A DNA stretch of 64,000 bases from Squalus acanthias (lineage: Eukaryota), in assembly GCA_030390025.1 (NCBI GenBank), contig CM059433.1, forward strand, positions 19,346,001 through 19,410,000, in the 5' to 3' direction. Under the pieces are notes generated by a model, which was given only the letters and a program-made list of their open reading frames with translations, was not told where the DNA came from and ran no database searches. The position numbers and the translations under genes were made by a program. How positions within the stretch are numbered: the stretch's first letter is position 1; each line of letters starts with the position of its first letter. Positions 25,624 to 37,960 of the stretch are shown one piece after another.

Positions 25624-28600
25624 GGTAATTGGGTGTATTCTACAGGCCATGAAATAGTGAGAAGGAGATAGAGGAGCAAATTTGGAGGACAATTACAGAA
25701 AGATGTAAGAACAATAGAGTAGTGATAATGGGGGACTTCAATTATCCGAATATAGACTGGGATAGTAACAATGTCAAGGGCAAAGGGGGGGAGGAATTCT
25801 TGAAATATGTACAAGAGAACTTTCTTGATCAGTGTGTTTCCAACCCAACGCAGAAGGAAGCAGTGCTGAATCTACTTCTGGGGAATGCAGTGGGGCAAGT
25901 GGAGCATGTTTCAGTGGGGGGTGCATTTGGGGAACAGTGATCATAATATCATCAGGTTTACAATAGTTATGGAAAAGGACATGGAACAGTCAAGCTTAAA
26001 AATACTTAACTAGAGGATGGCCAATTTCAGTGAATTAAAAAGGGATCTGGCCTGGGTCGATTGGAATCAAAAATTGGTAGGCAAAACAGTAATTGAACAA
26101 TGGAGGTCTTCAAAGAGGAGATAGTTCCGGTAGAGTAGACACATTCCCACGAGGGGGAAAGGAAGTGCATCCAAAGCTAGAGCACCCTGGATGACTAAAA
26201 GTATGGAGATTAAAATGAAACAGAAAAAAAAGGCTTATGACAACTGTAAGGTTGATACTTCAGTAGAGAACTAAGCTGAATATAGAAATTTCAAAGGAGA
26301 TCTAAAAAAGAGGGAAGAGAGAGTACGAGACTAGATTAGCAGCTAACATAAAAGGGAACCCAAAAATCTTTTATAAACACGTAAATCAAAAAAGAGTGCA
26401 AGGATAAACCCAGCAACGACAGGCCAGTCAGTTTAACCTCGGTGGTGGGGAAGCTTTTAGAAATGATAATCTGGGACAAAATTGTTACTTGGACAAGTAT
26501 GGATTAATTAAGGAAAGTCAGCACGGATCTGTTAAAGGCAAATCGTGTTGAACTAACTTGATCCAAGTTTTTTGATGAGGTAACAGAGCGGGTTGATGCG
26601 GGCAATGCGGTTGATGTGGTGTACATGGACTTCCAAAAGGCGTTTAATAAAGTGTCACATAATAGGCTTGCCAGCAAAGTTGAAGCCCATGGAATAAAAG
26701 GGTCGGTGGCAGCATGGATACGAAATAGGCTAAGTGACAGGAAACAGAGTAGCGGTGAACGGTTATCTTTCAGACTGAAGGAAGTGGTGTTCCCCAGGGG
26801 TCGGTACTAGGACCACTGCTTTTCTTGATATATATTAATGACTTAGATTTGGGTGTACAGGGCACATTTTCAAAATTTGTAGATGACACAAAACTTGGAA
26901 GTATAGTGAACAGTGAGGAGGATAGTGATAGACTTCAGGAGGACAGAGGCAGGCTGGTGGAATGGGTGGACACGTGGCAGTTGAAATTTAACTCAGAAAA
27001 ATGCGAAGTGATACATTTTGGTAGGAAGAATGAGGAGAGGCAATATAAACTAAATGGTACAATTCTAAAGGGGGTGCATGAACAGAGAGACCTGGCGGTA
27101 TATGTGCACAAATCATTGAAGGTGGCAGGACAGGTTGAGAAAGTTAAAAAAGCATATGGGATCCTGGGCTTCATAAATAGAGGCATAGAGTACAAAAGCA
27201 AGGAAGTTATGATGAACCTTTAGAAAACACTGGTTAAGAACATAAGAACATAAGAAATAGGAGCAGGAGTAGGCCAATCGGCCCTTCGAGCCTGCTCCGC
27301 CATTCAATAAGATCATGGCTGATCTGATCCTCACCTCAAATCTAAAGAACACAAGAAGTAGGAGCAGGACCCGGCTACTCAGCCCCTGGGCCCGCTACGC
27401 CACCCACAGGGCCTCGACCGATCCGAACTCAGCCTCATGTCCAATTTCCTGCCCGCTCCCCGTAACCCCTAATTCCCTTTACTTCTAGGAAACTGTCTAT
27501 TTCTGTTTTAAATTTATTTAATGATGTAGCTTCCACAGCTTCCTGGGGCAGCAAATTCCACAGACCTACTACCCTCTGAGTGAAGAAGTTTCTCCTCATC
27601 TCAGTTTTGAAAGAGCAGCCCCTTATTCTAAGATTATGCCCCCTAGTTCTAGTTTCACCTCAACTGGAGTAGTGTGTCCAATTCTGGGCACCGCACTTTC
27701 GGAAGGATGTGGAGGCTTCAGAGAGGGTGCAGAAAAGATTTACAAGAATGGTTCCAGGGATGAGGGACTTCAGTTACATGGAAAGACTAGAGAAGCTGTG
27801 GTTGTTCTCCTTAGAGCAGAGAAGATTGAGAGGAGTTTGATAGAGGTGTTCAAAGCATGAGGGGTTCAGACAGAGTAAATAGAGAGAAACTGTTCCCATT
27901 GGTGGAAGGGTCAAGAACCAGAGGACACAGATATAAGGTGATTGGCAGACGAACCAAAGGTGACATGAGAAGGAACTTTTTACGCAGCGAGTGGTTAGGA
28001 TCTGGAATACACTGCCTGAGAGGATGGTGGAGGCAGATTCAATTGTGGCTTTCAAAAAGGAATTGGATAAGTACCCGAAGGAAAAAAATTTGCAGGGCTA
28101 CAGGGAAAGGGCGGGGGAGTGGGACTAGCTGAAGTGCTCTTGCAGAGAGCCGGCACAGGCTCGATGGGCCGAATGGCCTCCTTCTGTGCTGTAACAATTC
28201 TATGATATAGTAAAAGGGTAGGGCCGATCAGGGACCAAAAAGGAGATCTTCTTGTGGAGGCAGGGGGAATGACTGAGGTACTAAATGAGTACTTTGCATC
28301 TGTCTTCACTAGAGAAGAGGATGCTGCCAATGTAGCACTAAAGGAGGAAGTAGTAGCAATTTTGGATAGGATAAAAATAGAGAAAGAGGAGGTACTTATC
28401 ATAGAATGGTTACAGCACGGAAGGCGGCCATTCAGCCCATTGAGCCCGTGCCGGCTCTCTGCAAGAGCACTTCAGCTAGTCCCACTCCCCCGCGCTTTCC
28501 CCGTAGCCAGGCCAATTTCTTTCCTTCAGATACTTATACAACTCCCTTTTGAAAGCCGTGATTGAATCTGCCCCCACCACCCTTTCAGGCAGTACATTCC

Positions 28601-29466
28601 AGATCTTAACCACTCGCTACGTAAAAAAGTTTTTTCTTACGTCGCCTTTGGTTCTTTTGCCAATCACCTGTGTCCTCTGGTTCTCGACCCTTCTATCAAT
28701 GGGAACAGTTTCCCTCTATCTACTCTATCCAGACCCCTCCTGATTTTGAAAGGTTGGCAGTACTCAAAGTAGAAAATTCCAGATGGGATGCATCCTCGGT
28801 TACTGAGGGAAGTAAGGGTGTAAATTGCGAAGGCTCTGGCCACAATATTCCAATGCTCCTTGGACATGGGGTGGTGCCAGAGGACTGCAAATGTTACAAC
28901 CCTGTTTAAAAAAGGGGAGGGGGATAAACCCAAGCCAGTCAGCGGTGAGGAAACTTTTAGATACAATAATCCGGCAAAAAATTAATTGGCACTTTGAAAA
29001 TTATAGGCTAATAAATAAAGATCAGCTCGAATTTTTTTAAAAGGCAAATTGTGTTTGACTAACTTGATTGAGTTCTTTGATGAAGTAACAGAGAGGGTTG
29101 ATGAGGGTAGTGCAGTTGATGTTGTGTATATGGACTTTCAAAAAGGCATTTGACAAAGTACCACATAATAGACATGTAAGCAAAAGTGAAGTCCATGGGA
29201 TGAAAGGGACAGTGGCAACATCAGCCATGATCTCATTGAATGGCGGAGCTGGCTCGAAGGGCCGAATGGCCTACTCCTGCTCCTATTTCTAATGTTCTTA
29301 TGTAACATGGATACAAAATCGGCTAAGGGACAGAAAGCAGTCAGTAGCGGTGAACTGTTATTTTTTCCAGACTGGAGAGGCGTATACAATGGTGTTCCCC
29401 AGGGATCACTATTAGGACCACTGCTCTTTTTGATATATATTAACTTGGGTATACAGGGCATAATTT
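25624..29466 (+). mobile_element. Nested cluster of older CR1 ORF2 fragments, with inserted CR1 3' ends at 27235-27659 (-), ~28399-28750 (-) and ~29219-29305 (+)
   Basis: MGDFNYPNIDW, YMDFQKAF and FVDD peptides; host sequence resumes after each insertion. Confidence 0.85.
27235..27659 (-). mobile_element. Young 5'-truncated CR1 copy, same subfamily as 29467-34417
   Basis: Reverse complement of ~34001-34417 with about 3 differences seen by eye. Confidence 0.92.
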
Positions 29467-29467
29467 G

Positions 29468-30212
29468 TGAACAAACTGCCACAGGACAGTGTGAGGAGAC
29501 TCAGAACAAACTGCCACAGGACGGAGTGAGGAGACTCAGAACAAACTGCCACAGGACGGAGAGTGAGGAGACTCAGAACAAACTGTCAGGACGGAGTGAG
29601 GAGACTCAGATCAAACTGCCACAGGACGGAGAGTGAGGAGACTCAGAACAAACTGCCACAGGACGGAGAGTGAGGAGACTCAGAACAAACTGCCACAGGA
29701 CGGAGTGAGGAGACTCAGAACAAACTGTCACAGGACGGAGAGTGAGGAGACTCAGAACAAACTGCCACAGGACGGAGAGTGAGGAGACTCAGAACAAACT
29801 GCCACAGGACGGAGAGTGAGGAGACTCAGAACAAACTGCCACAGGACGGAGAGTGAGGAGACTCAGAACAAACTGCCACAGGACGGAGAGTGAGGAGACT
29901 CAGAACAAACTGCCACAGGACGGAGAGTGAGGAGACTCAGATCAAACTGCCACAGGACGGAGAGTGAGGAGACTCAGAACAAACTGCCACAGGACAGAGT
30001 GAGGAGACTCAGAACAAACTGTCACAGGACGGAGAGTGAGGAGACTCAGAACAAACTGCCACAGGACGGAGAGTGAGGAGACTCAGAACAAACTGCCACA
30101 GGACGGAGAGTGAGGAGATTCAGATCAAACTGCCACAGGACGGAGAGTGAGGAGACTCAGATCAAACTGCCACAGGACGGAGAGTGAAGAGACTCAGTTC
30201 AAACTGTCACAG
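29468..30212 (+). repeat. 37-bp tandem array, about 20-21 units, at the CR1 5' end
   Basis: Unit CAGAACAAACTGCCACAGGACGGAGAGTGAGGAGACT, head to tail, with a few 33-35 bp variants and no spacers. Confidence 0.97.
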
Positions 30213-30278
30213 AAGTGTATTGTTTTAATTTAAATTAATTAAAGGGTAAATAATAATAAATTTAATTAATTACATAGA

Positions 30279-31237
30279 ATGGGAGAGCAGGTGATGTGTT
30301 ACTGCTGCAATATGTGGGAGCTGGAGGACACCATTGATGTTCACGGTGATCACATTTGCAGTAAGTGTTGGCTGCCCGAGGAACTCCGGCTCCGTGTTGA
30401 TGAGCTGGAGTCCGAGCTTCAAACACTGCGACACATCAGGGAGGGGGAGAGTTACCTGGACTCTGTGTTCCAGGAGGTAGTCACACCAATTAGATTAACT
30501 AATTCAGATGTAGCCCATGATCAGGGACAGGAGGGTGTGACTACGAGTGAGGCAGGTACGGGGATCCAGGAGGTAGTGTTGGAGGAGCCGCAGCCCTTGC
30601 TCTTGTCCAACAGGTTCGAGGCTCTTACTCCCTGTGAGGACGGGAGCAGGGACTGCAGGGAGGATGAGCAACCTGGCCACAGCACTGTGGTACGGGGAGC
30701 CATTCAAGTGGGGGGGGAGTAAAAAGAAATGTTGTAGTGGTAGGGGATAGTATCATTAAGGGGATAGATAGGGTTCTTTGCAGCCGAGAGCGAGAGTCCC
30801 GAAGGCTATGTTGCCTGCCCGGTGCCAGGGTTAAGGCCATCTCCTCTGGGCTGGAGAGAAACTTGGAGTGGGAGGGGGAAGATCCAGTTGTCGTGGTCCA
30901 TGTTGGTACCAATGACATAGATAGGACAAGGAATGAGGTTCTGCTGAGGGAGTATGAGCAGCTAGGGGCCAAATTAAAAAACAGAACCTCTAGGGTAGTA
31001 ATCTCTGGATTACTACCTGAGCCACGAGCAAATTTGGCTAGGGTAAATAAAATCAGAGGGTTAAATGCGTGGCTCAAAGACTGGTGTGGGAGAAATGGGT
31101 TTTGCTACCTGGGACACTGGCACCAGTACTGGGACAGGAGAGAGCTGTTCCGTTGGGACGGACTTCACTTGGCCAGTGCTGGGACTAGAGTCCTGGCGAA
31201 TCGAATAACTAGGGCTGTGGAGAGGGCTTTAAACTAA
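30279..31237 (+). pseudogene. CR1 ORF1 (zinc finger, coiled coil, SGNH esterase-like domain), frameshifted at a G-run (~30710-30717)
   Basis: CYCC...HICSKC, LRLRVDELESELQTL, then VGDS, HVGTND and DGLHL in a second frame. Confidence 0.88.
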
Positions 31238-31275
31238 TTAGTGGGGGGGAGGTTTCAAGAGAGCAAAAAATAAAA

Positions 31276-34225
31276 ATGTCAGCGGAGAAGGCAATAGAGC
31301 AAAGTAGCAGTGGGGTAATTAAAAACCAGAGCGTGTCAGGAAGGGACAGAATATATAAAGATAAAGGTAAAGTAGTAAAGGGGGTAAAAGCAGGAATAAA
31401 TTGTCACAAAACATATTTAAAAGTTCTTTATCTGAATGCACGCAGCATTCGTAACAAAATAGACGAATTGACGGTACAAATAACTACGTATGGGTATGAT
31501 CTTGTGGCCATTACAGAAACATGGCTGCAGGGTGACAACGACTGGGAATTAAATATGCCAGGGTATTTAACAATCAGGAAGGACAGACAGGAAGGAAGAG
31601 GGGGTGGGGTAGCTATGTTAATAAAGGAAGGAATCACTGTATTACAGAGAAATTATATTGGGTCAAAGGATCAGGATAATGAAACAGTTTGGGTGGAGAT
31701 AAGGAATAATAAAGGGAAAAAAACACTAGTGGGAGTAGTATATAGGCCTCCTAATAGTTGCAACTCTGCTGGAAGAAGTATTAATCAGGAAATAATTGGG
31801 GCATGTAATAAGGGAACAGCTATAATTATAGGGGATTTTAACTATCATATTAACTGGACAAATCAAATTGGGCAGGGCAGCCTTGAGGAAGAGTTTATTG
31901 AGTGTATTAGGGATGGATTTCTTGAGCAGTATGTAACTGATCCTACAAGGGGGCAAGCAACCTTGGACCTGGTCCTGTGTAATGAGTCAGGATTAATTAA
32001 TAATGTCCTAGTTAAGGATCCCCTTGGAATGAGTGACCATAACATGGTTGAATTCCATATCCAATTAGAGGGTGAGAAGGTTGGTTCTCAGACAAGCGTA
32101 CTGAGCTTGAATAAAGGAGACTATGATGGTATGAGAGCGGAATTGATTAAAGTGGACTGGGAAAATAGATTAAAGGGTAAGACGGTACATGAGCAGTGGT
32201 GTTCATTTAAGGAGTTATTTTACAACTTTCAAAAAATATATATTCCACTGAGGAAAAAAGGGTGTAAAAGAAATGACAGCCATCCGTGGCTAAGTAAAGA
32301 AATTAAGGATAGTATCCAACTAAAAACAAGGACATATAAGGTAGCCAAACTTAGTGGGAGGATAGAAGATTGGGAAGTCTTCAAAAGACAGCAAAAAGTA
32401 ACTAAAGGATTGATTAAGAAAGGTAAGATAGATTATGAAAATAAATTAGCAAAAAATATAAAAACAGATAGCAAGAGTTTCTATAGTTATATAAAAAGAA
32501 AAAGGGTGGCTAAGGCAAACGTAGGTCCCTTAGAGGATGAGACCGGGAAATTAATGGTGGGAAACATGGAGATGGCAAAAATGCTGAACAAATATTTTGT
32601 TTCAGTCTTTACGGTAGAGGACACTAAGAATATCCCAACACTGGACAAACAGGGGGCTCTAGGGGGGGAGGAGCTAAATACGATTAAAATCACTAAGGAA
32701 TTGGTACTCAGTAAAATAATGGGACTCAAGGCGGATAAATCCCCTGGACCTGATGGCTTACATCCTAGGGTCTTGAGGGAAGTGGCAATAGGGATTGTGG
32801 ATGCTTTGGTAATAATTTTCCAAAATTCCCTGGAATCAGCAAAGGTCCCAGCAGATTGGAAAACTGCTAATGTAACACCCTTATTTAAAAAGGGTAGTAG
32901 GCAGAAAGCTGGAAATTATAGACCAGTTAGTCTGACATCTGTGGTGGGTAAAATTTGGGAGTCTATTATTAAGGAGACAGTAACGGAACATTTAGATAAA
33001 CATAATTTGATAGGACAAAGTCAGCATGGCTTTATGAAGGGGAAATCATGTCTGACAAATTTGCTTGAGTTCTTTGAGGACATAACGTACAGGGTGGATA
33101 AAGGGGAACCAATGGACGTAGTGTATTTAGACTTCCAGAAGGCATTCAACAAGGTGCCACATAAAAGATTATTGCTCAAGATAAAAAATCACTGGATTGG
33201 GGGGAATATTCTGGCATGGGTGGAGGATTGGTTATCTAACAGGAAGCAGAGAGTTGGGATAAATAGTTCATTCTCGGACTGGCAACCAGTAGCCAGTGGT
33301 GTTCCGCAGGGGTCGGTGCTGGGTCCCCAACTCTTTACAATCTATATTAACGATTTGGAGGAGGGGACCGAGTGTAACATATCAAAGTTTGCAGATGATA
33401 CAAAGATGGGAGGGAAAGTAGAAAGTGAGGAGGACATAAAAAACCTACAAGGGGATATAGACAAGCTGGGTGAGTGGGCAGAGATTTGGCAGATGCAATA
33501 CAATATTGGAAAATGTGAGGTTATGCACTTTGGCAGGAAAAATCAGAGAGCAAGTTATTATCTTAATGGCGAGAAACTGGAAAGTACTGCAGTACAAAGG
33601 GATCTGGGGGTCCTAGTGCAAGAAAATCAAAAAGTTAGTATACAGGTGCAGCAGGTGATCAAGAAGGCCAACGGAATGTTGGCTTTTATTGCTAGGGGGA
33701 TAGATTATAAAAACAGGGAGGTATTGCTGCAGTTATATAAGGTATTGGTGAGACCGCACCTGGAATACTGCATACAGTTTTGGTGTCCATACTTAAGAAA
33801 AGACATACTTGCTCTCGAGGCAGTACAAAGAAGGTTCACTCGGTTAATCCCCGGGATGAGGGGGTGGACATACGAGGAGAGGTTGAGTAGATTGGGACTC
33901 TACTCATTGGAGTTCAGAAGAATGAGGCGATCTTATTGAAACATATAAGATTGTGAAGGGGCTTGATCGGGTGGATGCAGTAAGGATGTTCCCAAGGATG
34001 GGTGAAACTAGAACTAGGGGGCATAATCTTAGAATAAGGGGCTGCTCTTTCAAAACTGAGATGAGGAGAAACTTCTTCACTCAGAGGGTAGTAGGTCTGT
34101 GGAATTTGCTGCCCCAGGAAGCTGTGGAAGCTACATCATTAAATAAATTTAAAACAGAAATAGACAGTTTCCTAGAAGTAAAGGGAATTAGGGGTTACGG
34201 GGAGCGGGCAGGAAATTGGACATGA
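31276..34225 (+). pseudogene. CR1 ORF2 (APE endonuclease and reverse transcriptase), one frameshift near 33927
   Basis: 887-aa open frame with YLNARSI, ITETWL, GDFN, SDH and FADD. atgaggcgat versus atgagaggtgat in the other copy indicates a 2-nt deletion; the C-terminus continues in 33953-34225. Confidence 0.93.
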
Positions 34226-34417
34226 GGCTGAGTTCGGATCGGTCGAGGCCCTGTGGGTGGCGTAGCAGGCCCAGGGGCTGAGTGGCCGGGTCCTGCTCCT
34301 ACTTCTTGTGTTCTTTAGATTTGAGGTGAGGATCAGATCAGCCATGATCTTATTGAATGGCGGAGCAGGCTCGAAGGGCCAATTGGCCTACTCCTGCTCC
34401 TATTTCTTATGTTCTTA

Positions 34418-35457
34418 TCATTTCAAAGTTTGCAGATGATATGAAACTCAGAAATTTAGTAAACTGTGAGGAGGATAACAACAGATTTCAGGAGGACATA
34501 GACAGCCTGGTGAAATGGGCAAACACAAGGCAGATGAAATTTAACACAGAGAAGTGTGAAGTGATACATTTTGGTAGGTCCTACATTACAACAGTGACTA
34601 CACTTCAAAAGTACTTCATTGGCTGTAAAGCGCTTTGGGACATCCTGAGGTCGCGAAAGGTGCTATATAAATGCAAGTCTTTCTTTTTTTCCTTTTAGGA
34701 AGAATGAGGAGAGGCAATATAAACTGAATGCTACAATTTTAAAGAGGGTGCAGGAACAGAGAGACATGTACACAAATCTTTGAAGGTATCAGGACAAGTT
34801 GAGAGGGCTGGTAAAAAAGCATATGGGATGCTTGGCTTTATTAATAGAGGCATAGAATACAAAAGCAAGGAAGTTATGCTACACCTTTATAAAATACTGG
34901 TTAGGCCTCAGCTGGCGTATTGTATTCAATTCTGGGTCCCACACTTTAGGAAGGATGTCAAGGCCTTGGAGAGGGTGCAGAAGAGATTGACTAGAATGGT
35001 ACCAGGGATAACAGACTTCAGTTCTATGGAGGGACTGGAGGAGCTGGGGTTGTTTTCCAACAGCAGAGAAGGTTAAGAGGAGATTTGATAGAGGTGTTCA
35101 AAATCATGAACAGTTTTGAGAGTAAATAAGGAGAAACTGTTTCCAGAAGCAGAAGGGTCAGTAACCGAGGACACAGATTTAAGGTGATAGGCAAAAGAAC
35201 TAGAAGCGACATGAGGATTTATTTTTTATTTTTTTTACGCAGCGAGTTGTTGCGATCTGGAATGCACTGCCTGAGAGGGTGGTGGAAGCAGATTCAATAG
35301 TAACTTTAAAAAGAGAATTGGATAAATACTTGCAGGGGAAAAAATTACAGGGCTATGGGGAAAAGAGCAGGGGAGTAGGACTAATTGGATAGCTCTTTCA
35401 AAAAGCCGGCACAGGTGCAATGGGCCAAATGGCCTCTCTGTGCTGTGTGATTCTATG
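34418..35457 (+). mobile_element. 3' part of the older host CR1, with a SINE tail inserted at ~34580-34696
   Basis: ISKFADD ... KCEVIHFGR, interrupted by the SINE 3' end flanked by tagg, then resumes to a ttctatga tail. Confidence 0.85.
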
Positions 35458-35628
35458 AACTACATCGATCTTGTTTGCAGGCTTCAATAAAACTCCAGCC
35501 TTCTATAATACCAGTTCCACTTAAAGATACATTTCCCATCCCATGAAAAGAACTTGAACATTGGTGGTTTTAATTAAGGATCATTAAAATTCAAATAGCT
35601 CGAGATATATATCTTTTAATTCACTTGC

Positions 35629-35730
35629 CTGCAAACAGTGTTTTTTGTGTTGCTGATGGAGATTCCCCAAGAGATGGTCGGCAAAGAGAGGCAGCAGAAC
35701 CGGATATTGTCGATTGAGAATTTTGGGAAG
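35629..35730 (-). CDS. MCPH1: Microcephalin exon (exon 7 equivalent) with GC donor
   Basis: 102 nt after a strong pyrimidine tract (tttcttctcttctcttag|). Translates ASQNSQSTISGSAASLCRPSLGESPSATQKTLFA. Donor CAG|gcaagt. Phase 1 to 1 fits both neighbours, and the SQ start resembles human SSQM. Confidence 0.82.
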
Positions 35731-35944
35731 CTAAGAGAAGAGAAGAAACATGCACAAGCAATTTACATTTAACCCGATAGTTGTGTGCACTGCAGAACAG
35801 TTTAAGAGACCCCAAATGTAAGTTAAACCAACACACAAAAGGCTACACATACTGAATATACTGCGAACAATCCAGTAAAATCATTGGCAACTGAGGAAGG
35901 TAAAGGGTTCCACAATATTTTGGCCTGAGGAAAGGATGAGCTGA

Positions 35945-36160
35945 AGATAAGAACAGGAGTAGGCCATTTCACACCTCGAGCCTTTTCTGCCATTCAATTA
36001 GATCATGGCTGATCTGTACCTTAACTCCATTTATCCACCTTGGTTCCGTCACCCTTAATATCTGGCTTAAAAATCAATCAATCTCAGTTTTGAAATTTTC
36101 AATTGACCTACCCTCAATAGCTTTTTGGAAGAGAGTTCCAGATTTCCACTACCCTTTGTG
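35945..36160 (-). mobile_element. CR1 3' end fragment
   Basis: aggagtaggccatt...gatcatggctgatct motif as in other CR1 tails. Confidence 0.75.
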
Positions 36161-36299
36161 AAGTAAGAGAACGCTCAAACAATCTTGATTTTAATACAGT
36201 GAGGGTGAAGGGAGGAAATATTTGTAGCGCATCATATTTTCAGCTTGGGAGGTACAAAAGGGGAAAAGTTCAGCAGCACTCACAATAGTAGCATTGATA

Positions 36300-37490
36300 A
36301 AATAAAGAGATGCATTGAGGGAGAGATTGGAAACTAGTCATGTGTCAGGAATCCGCGATCAGAAATAAGCTTTTATTTTGTATCCTGACTAGAAGTGCAA
36401 GAAGGGTATTAGAAAGGATCCCCCATATATGGAAGCACTGTTCAAGTCTTGGATTGACAGTTAAGAATCATCATACTTCGCAATCTAGAGTTAAGAATTA
36501 TTATGGGGAAGAATAAGCGCTTGGAACCAAAAAGTGTATCAAGGTTCTTAGAAACAGCATTAGCAATGGAGATGTAGGGGTTCCATTTTGGGTCAAAATA
36601 GATAGTGAGAAGAAGAATGTTGATAGATGAAGGAAGACTAAAGGTAGAGCAAACAAAAGTAAGTGCTGGCAGCTGCTATTTGGACTTGTAACAGGTGAAG
36701 AAACACTGCTCTTGGAGGAAAAAAGTAACATTGAATGGCATGAAGATCAAGATTTAGCCATTGCACTGAGAAGAACAGAAGCTGTGGAACTAAAGGAGTG
36801 CAATCTGAAAGAAATCACTGAAAATGTATGGAATCATCTGAAGAGTAGATAGGATTTGATGATGAGTGGGCGATGCCAGCATTATATGGAGGGACAGGGC
36901 GGGAGGAGGGAGAGAGTCCTGGGGGATCATGAATTAATGAAAACTAAGTCAGAGGTTGAGCTATTAACGACAGCACAGACTGAGTGATTCAAGAGCAATC
37001 TCCATAGCCATAAACATATTTTAGTGGGAAACCACATGATAGAAACTTCTTTCGGAGTGCCCTAAATGCTTGGGAGTTCAAGAGAATGATAAGTGAATAA
37101 TCAAAGTGGTGATGAGCAGAGTTCCAGATGTGCATCGCATAGGCATCAAGACCACCCATGAAATTACTATGCCACAAACCATACCGGCATATGAAACTGC
37201 TGGTTGCTGTGGTGGGATATTGTTCTCGATGAGGAGCTTAGCTGGGCCAATACCCTCTCACACTCATAGCTATCTTGTGATCATGGATCCAGCCAACACT
37301 TTCAAGGTGATGAGTAATTTTAGCAGCAGCTTTCATAACTTTAGAAACTTAATTAAGGACAATACGGCAGTATCCAAAAGAATCAAGGGGCGTTCACCTT
37401 TCTTAAGGACAGGAGGAACATTGAGTAAATATCCAAGGAGAAGGAAAAGTGGAGAGAGTAAAGAGAGACTGTACCACAGGGATAAATTCA
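36300..37490 (-). mobile_element. Old, highly decayed LINE RT remnant
   Basis: Minus strand gives PVLKKG...SKVM...HHLE-like RT peptides around 37270-37420; boundaries uncertain. Confidence 0.35.
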
Positions 37491-37494
37491 GAGG

Positions 37495-37960
37495 CACACA
37501 ACTGTGGCTCAGTTGGTATCACTCTCGCCTCAGAGTCAGAAGGTTGTGGGTTCAAGTACCACTCCAGAGACTTGAGCACAAAATTCTAGGCTGACATTCC
37601 AGTGGAGTACTGAGGGAGTGCTGCACTGTTGGAAGTGCCGTCTTTCAGATGAGATGTTAAACCAAGGCCCCAATTGCTCTCTCAGGTGGACATAAAAGAT
37701 CCCATGACACTATTTCAAAGAGCAGGGGCGTTATCCCCAGTGCCCTGGCCAATATTTATCCCTCAATCAACATCACTAAAACAGATTATCTGGTCATTAT
37801 CACATTGCTGTTTGTGGGAGCTTGCTGTATGCAAATTGGCTGTTGCATTTCTTATATTTCAACAGTGACTACACTTCAAAAAGTACTTTATTGGCTGTAA
37901 AGCACTTTGGGACATCCGGTGGTCGTGAAAGGCGCTAAATAAATGCAAGTTCTTTCTTTC
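37495..37960 (+). mobile_element. Full-length tRNA-derived SINE (Deu-SINE/SacSINE1-like)
   Basis: Pol III A box (tggctcagttgg), B box (ggttcaagtac), central body shared with 8330-8700 and 58860-59160, L2-type tail. Confidence 0.85.

Larger units (their letters stand above)
29467..34417 (+). mobile_element. Young, apparently full-length CR1 LINE
   Basis: 5' tandem array, ORF1, ORF2 and 3' tail. Inserted in an older CR1 that reads ...cagggcataattt | tcatttcaaagtttgcagatgat; possible imperfect TSD ATAATTT/ATCATTT. Confidence 0.93.

Noticed and set aside
29468..30212. CRISPR array
   Set aside because: Units are contiguous with no unique spacers, there are no cas genes, and the context is vertebrate.
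37495..37570. tRNA gene
   Set aside because: A and B boxes run into a SINE body repeated elsewhere in the window; no complete cloverleaf or T-run terminator.
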